Source: Eutreptiella sp. 'Long Island Sound 2002' (Eukaryota; Protista; Euglenida). From it: a stretch of 64,000 nucleotides of DNA. The stretch is taken from NCBI GenBank assembly GCA_964036045.1, contig OZ038378.1, forward strand, positions 5,146,001 to 5,210,000. The letters are read 5' to 3'. The stretch's first letter is position 1. Each line of letters begins with the position of its first letter. A program made the position numbers and the translations under genes. Under the pieces are notes generated by a model. It was not told the DNA's origin. It was given only the letters and a program-made list of their open reading frames with translations, and made no database searches. Positions 58,901 through 64,000 of this stretch are shown one piece after another.

Positions 58901-61900
58901 TCCCATGCTGCGCCCCGAAGATCAGTGATGGAAAGCTTGCGCATGTGGGCACTCGGAGCTCTGCTGAACACATTGCGCAGACTAGACTTGCACACGTTCC
59001 TGCGAATGAGGTGGATGTAAACGACTTTGACGATATCTCGTCCTTTGGACCCCTGTCCATTGCATTGCACGCATTCTCACATATCCTTGAAATATTGTGC
59101 GGTGTTTCTACGCTGTCCACATGGGCACTCATGCCACTATTACTGTGGGCACAAGCCCCTGCTCTTTATCACAGGTCGCGTGTGCCCGGATTATCATTGG
59201 CGGACCTACGCGCAGACTCGGGAAGACGCCCTCGCGTTCGGCACCGGCCTTCAGGAACTGCTTGGGGACGCTGAAGGGCCGGGCTTTGCTGGGCTCTTGG
59301 GGGCGGTGTGTGTGCCATGGCTGCTGACGGACCTGGCGTGCACTCTGACGGGCGTGCCGCTGGTGCTGCTGCACCGTGGCACCGGCCCTAAGGACCTCGC
59401 GCACGTCCTGCGCGAGACGGGCCTGACCGTTCTGGTGGCCTCACACAACCTGCGGGGGACTGTCCTGTGCGCCCTCCGCGGCAGTGGCTGTGCCGTTAGG
59501 CATGTGATCTGGATTGCGGATGCCCCCGACGCCTACGCCGCGCCGGCCGAGCGGTGCGCCGGACACGACGCAGAGCCCTTCACCGGGCACTCTTTTGACG
59601 ACGTTCTGGAGCGCGGCGCCGCGCGCGGCGCGACGCAGAGGCAGCGCGTGGCAGCCCCGGCGCCGGACGCGGTAGCGAAGCTGCTGCCCTCCAGCGGGAG
59701 CACGGGGGTGCCCAAGATCGTGGTCCTTCGGGAGGAGGCCCTGCGGCCCCGTGCGCCCCCGACGGACTCCGCCGCGTCCGGGGCCCCGGCGGTCGTGTTC
59801 GCGTACGAGGCCATGCGGCAGTCGCACGACGTCCTCCTTCGCGGCGGCCGCATCGGCTGCTTCTCCGGGGCCCTGCACCGCCTCCTCGATGACTGCCGGT
59901 GCCTGCGCCCCACGGTCTTCGGCGCCACGCCCGCGTTCTGGACCGGCCTCGCGGCGGAGTTCGATCGCGACGTTGCGGGGGCGGCGCGGCGTGCGGGCGC
60001 GGACGCGGACGTGCCCGGGGTCCGGCAGCGGCTGCTGCACGAGTACCGCGAGTCGCGGCCGCTCGGCAACCGCGTGAAGGCCCTCGTGTCGACGGGCGCG
60101 CCGCTGTCGCACGCGGTGCGGCAGTGGGTCGTGCGCGCATTCGGGCTCCTCGTGGTCGACGCGTACGGCACGACGCAGACCGGGGGCATCGCCAGCGACG
60201 GGTGCGTTGCCGCGCGCGCGGCGATACGGCTGGTGGACCGCCGGGTCTTGGGGTACTCGACCGCGGATCGGCCGCACCCGCGCGGTGAGATCTTAGTGCA
60301 AGTGCCGCCGACCGCCGGGTACTTTGCGCTCGCGCGGTACCGGCCCAGCGACGGGGGTCTGGACCCTCCCGCCGACGATGAGGACGACGACTGGGTGACG
60401 CTGGGGGGTACGCGGTACTTCCGGACGGGGGACGTGGGAGAGCTGCGCGGATCAGCGCAGATCTCTGTCATCGGGCGATGCAAAACGCACTTCAAGCTCG
60501 CGCAGGGGCTGTACGTGGCCCCAGAGCGCGTGGAGGCGGTGCTGGCGCAAGGACGTTTTGTGGCGCAGGTGTTCGTGTGGGGCGACGGCCTCATGCCGGC
60601 CGTCGCAGCGGTGGTGGTGCCCTCCGCTGCGCTGTTCGCAGAGAGTCAGAGGGGGGGGATTGATATGACAGAGAGGGACGGACAGGGAGGGACTGAAGCA
60701 GAGGATGAGCGCGAGGGGGAGGGGGAGGGAGAGGAAGAGCGGGAGGCGAAGGTCGATGGGCAGGGCCAAGGTGTGGGATATGGAGAGGGGCCCGGGCACA
60801 TGCACGGCACCCCCGATAGCGAGTTCGTCATCTGGGGTCCAGCGGGGCCTCCCACCCTCCGCGAGGCCCGCAGGAACGTGCGGGGCTGGCGTCAGGCGCA
60901 GTCCCACCTCTTGGCCGAGCTGCAGGCGCTGGCCGGCGCTGCCGGGCTCAAGGCCTGGGAGGTCCCGCGGTCCCTCCTTCTCGAGGCAGAGCCGTTTACC
61001 GAGGGCAATGGGCTGCTAACGGCCTCGGGCAAGCTGTGCCGTGCAGCGCTGATTCGGAAGTATGGCCCCGAGTTGAGCGCATGGCCTGGCGTGCCCCGTC
61101 CTGGTCTCGACCCAGCCCCCATCCCCTGCCCCAGCCCTGACCGTGTCCCGAGCCTCGACGCTGGCCTCCGCCGCAGCCACAGCCCCGGCCCCGATGATGA
61201 CAGTCACGGCGCTACCTCGGCGCACAGAGGGTGCGATACCGCCCCTGAAAGCGGGGCAACGCCCCACGACACGCTCTGCCAAGGGCTGCAGGATATTCTA
61301 CAGGAGGTCCTGCACTTGTCCGGGCGCACCGCGCCCCATTTGACCGCATTGCAGCCCCTCGCAGCCCTGGGGCTCGACTCGCTCGCCATAGCCCGGCTGT
61401 CGTCCCGCCTTGCGGACCGCTTCGGGGCGGTCCTCCCCCCTCGCACGCTATTCGCCCTCCCGACGCTTGGTGACCTTGAGGGTGTCGTGTTTGGGGGCGA
61501 TGCAGCTGCACGGTACGCCGTGAGCCGCACGCGCGCGATGGACTGGGATGCGGAGGTAGAGGCCGAAGTTGCAGAGGTGTGCTCACGGCCAGCCTCCTGT
61601 CTTTGCGCCTTCGCGTCCCATCGCGCAGCCCTTTCTCTGTGCGTGCGCATGCGCCTGAGAACCAATCTGGACACAAAATTTGGGTTGCGAAAGATCCAAC
61701 TTGACTGAGTGTCCACATGTGAGATCCCCCAAAACTCTTTCGCAACAGCATTGCAAATAGCCGTTGTGGGCATGGCGACGGGGCATTGAGCACGCATGTG
61801 TGTGTGTGCGCGCGCACGTGTGTGTGTGTGGCTGTTTTGTCAAAATTCCTTGGTGGAGCTGAACGGACAAGGTCACACGGATGTGTCGTATAATGTCTAC

Positions 61901-62338
61901 AGGCCCTGGTCTGCAGTGTGCCGCCGGGGTAAGGGGGTTGCGATGCTCTGTGTGCCGTGACAGAGCCTTTCCAAGATGGCATCCCTGTTACATGGCAACC
62001 GCGCAACCTCAGGTAATATACCTTCGGGGCCAGAGCCTATCGGCTTTGGGTTGGGTGCAAGTATCAGTTGCCAGCCACTCCTCGTTTTTGTAGGCAGTAC
62101 AGTCCTGCGTAAATTGGCGTCCCTGGTGTTTGCTGCTTCACTGTAGTGCGCAGAGAGCACTATGTGCGCGGTATACGCTCTGTCCCAGCACCTCGCGTGC
62201 ACACGAAACAGCGCTGTAGAGAAACTAACAACGAGCTCAGGGACCACACATTATGCGATGCCGACCGGTGTACTGATTCCTGCCTACCTAGGCCGAGGTT
62301 TGCACCCCGTCCTGGTGCCCCGGCGCATCTGTGTGTGT

Positions 62339-62431
<93 letters not shown>

Positions 62432-63077
62432 GGGTGGTCGTACCCAACACGGTGGGTTGGTGGTTGTGTGGGTTTCAGCTTCTGGACTCACTACCCCTCT
62501 TATAGCCGCAGCTCAATCCCTGTGCCCACCGCCCCTTCCCCTCGTCTGCGGCCCCGTACCTGTACCTACAGCTCCTGCGTGACATCGAGGGATTTCCCGT
62601 GCCGCGCGAAGAGCGACCGCCCCCGCGCACTGTGCTCGTGACAGGCGCCACGGGATTTCTCGGGGCGTTCGTCCTGCATGCGCTGCTCAACAGCCCGTCC
62701 TACTCCGACACCGCAATACTCTGCCTCGTCAGGGGGTCTGCCGATAGCGCACAGGACCGCCTGTGCGCCGCCATGAAGTGTTACGGCTTTTCGGCCTCCG
62801 TGACCGGCACACGCCCTGCGGTGCGCGTCGGGGACATCACACAGCCGCGACTAGGGCTGTGTGTGGAGGAGGTGTCCTGCCCCTCTTTCTGCGCCTCCTC
62901 TCCCTTTGCCTTCCCCTCTCACTCCTGCTATCCTCTCCCTCTCACTCTTCCTCTCTTTTCCCATCCCTTTCCTTGCGACACAGCAGCGACCCTTTTTGCT
63001 GCCACAGAGCAAGTGGCACGATCTCAAAGCTGCAGCTTCTGCAAGGGCAGTAGGAGTTGTGTTGCACTGGGGCATGT
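55928..63077 (+). CDS. ZZ-zinc-finger + carboxylic acid reductase (adenylation-thiolation-reductase, NRPS-like). Exons 55928-55985, 56543-56911, 59175-61576, 62572-62871, 63008-~63077; incomplete at the 3' end
   Basis: ZZ finger CVAC..YYECGHCNDYNVCASC. CAR-type motifs AYAQRPCLGHR, SSGSTGVPK, GYSTADRPHPRGE, YFRTGD, KLAQGLYVAPERVE and GNGLLTASGKLCR. PCP GLDSL (Ser 61379-81). Reductase TVLVTGATGFLG...VGDITQPRLGL. Junction phases are consistent; the first and last exons are tentative. Confidence 0.85.
56120..56275. repeat. 21-bp minisatellite (CTACTCTAGGGTGCATCTAGG), about 7 degenerate copies
   Basis: Direct tandem units in the first predicted CAR intron. Confidence 0.85.
57500..58850 (-). mobile_element. 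Decayed LINE-like RT remnant inside the CAR intron
   Basis: CRGYQTLTNCLLFNL resembles RT QGxxLSPxLFN, and INLAQAC resembles DLxKAF. Many disruptions. Confidence 0.3.
62330..62430. repeat. (GT)n microsatellite
   Basis: About 50 units. Confidence 0.95.
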
Positions 63078-63183
63078 GTGCTGCGTATGTCATCTTTCAG
63101 ACAACAACCACAACAACTACAAGAACGGTCTCCGAGCACACCGTACAGCGTGTAATGATGCAATTTCATTCCCAATTTCAACT

Positions 63184-63281
63184 CTCCCTCCCTCCCTCCC
63201 TCCCTCCCTCCCTCCCTCCCTCCCTCCCTCCCTCCCTCCCTCCCTCCCTCCCTCCCTCCCTCCCTCCCTCCCTCCCTCCCT
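63184..63281. repeat. (CCCT)n microsatellite
   Basis: About 24 tetranucleotide units. Confidence 0.95.
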
Positions 63282-64000
63282 CTCTTCCCCGCAGGCACTC
63301 TGGTGGCGCTATCGTCGAACATATTTTGAATCACGAGGGGCTCCCACCCACACCCCTTACAACCTCCCCGGTGGTCTTCCAAAGTGGTTGGGTGGTTTTT
63401 TGATGTTTGGCGCTACAGGCGCTGGCCAATATGTTGTTCCCCAGGTCATATTGCCAAAAGTGCTCCAGAAATCCCATTCCAGAATACTCTGAGTCCTGAG
63501 AAGTTCAGATTGCCAGAATGGCAGTGAAAATGCGTCGCCATCGGTCACCTTCCTGTTTTGGGAACCCCAACACGGTGGGTGTTATGCGCCAGGGAAGTGC
63601 CATTCTTGCTTGCAAAAACAGGCAATACCACTTTTTGGGAGGGTTCCGCTTCCGTGTCCAATCTTCGCACATTTTGCCATTATAAGCCCCGCCAGAGCAG
63701 ACATGTGGAGGATCGTGCAAAAAAGCGAAATTTGAACATTGCCCACCAGAGCCACAGTAGCCACGCCTCACACCCGAGGATTGCACGTTTTGGGGACCCC
63801 AGTGTGGCAGAGGCTAGGTAGCCGAGGGCCTCCTCCCTGCTTTGGTACTGAGGCACAAATCCTTATCATCATGGCCACAGCATAAATGTACTGAATTTAT
63901 AGGCCAAGTGTCACTGTTTTCCGGGACCTTTCCCGCACTCTTCTTCAGTGGCAGGCCCTGGTGAGCACTGTGGGTGTCATTTTCCACTGCGCCGCCCACG

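Noticed and set aside
59441-60594. Minus-strand ORFs of 278, 353 and 186 aa
   Set aside because: Antisense to the GC-rich CAR exon.
95-63077. Euglenid non-conventional (non-GT-AG) introns
   Set aside because: Every junction I could reconstruct is canonical GT-AG.
63295-63492. Segment after CCCCGCAG as the next CAR exon (ALWWRYRR...)
   Set aside because: It does not resemble the expected reductase continuation, whereas 63008 onward (SKWHDL...VGVVLH) does.

Overview
Repeat-rich, intron-containing eukaryotic DNA. It is most likely from a photosynthetic euglenid. This is inferred from a tripartite euglenid-type plastid-targeting leader and from pyrimidine+AG acceptors 0-14 nt upstream of four start codons, as expected for SL trans-splicing. 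Host genes reconstructed with GT-AG introns: a long coiled-coil protein (minus, 8045 to past the left edge), a plastid-targeted orphan membrane protein, a non-RD protein kinase, a signal-anchored UbiG/COQ3-like methyltransferase, and a ZZ-zinc-finger-fused carboxylic acid reductase (A-T-R) that runs off the right edge. A nested cluster of PIF/Harbinger-like DNA transposons (DDE_Tnp_4 plus C-terminal B-box-like finger) lies at 15.5-23.7 kb, and several decayed retroelements are scattered through the window. The stand-out feature is 44479-55660, a young head-to-tail 2.1-mer of a 5289-bp unit. A 605-bp segment occurs three times (pseudo-LTR-like), and a target-site duplication sits in a poly-C tract. 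The unit encodes a 1155-aa polyprotein: GIY-YIG endonuclease, AMSH-type JAMM deubiquitinase, PHD-like finger, two KOW-like domains and a DnaJ domain. No reverse transcriptase is recognisable in it. All domain calls were made by eye from motifs; no searches were run.
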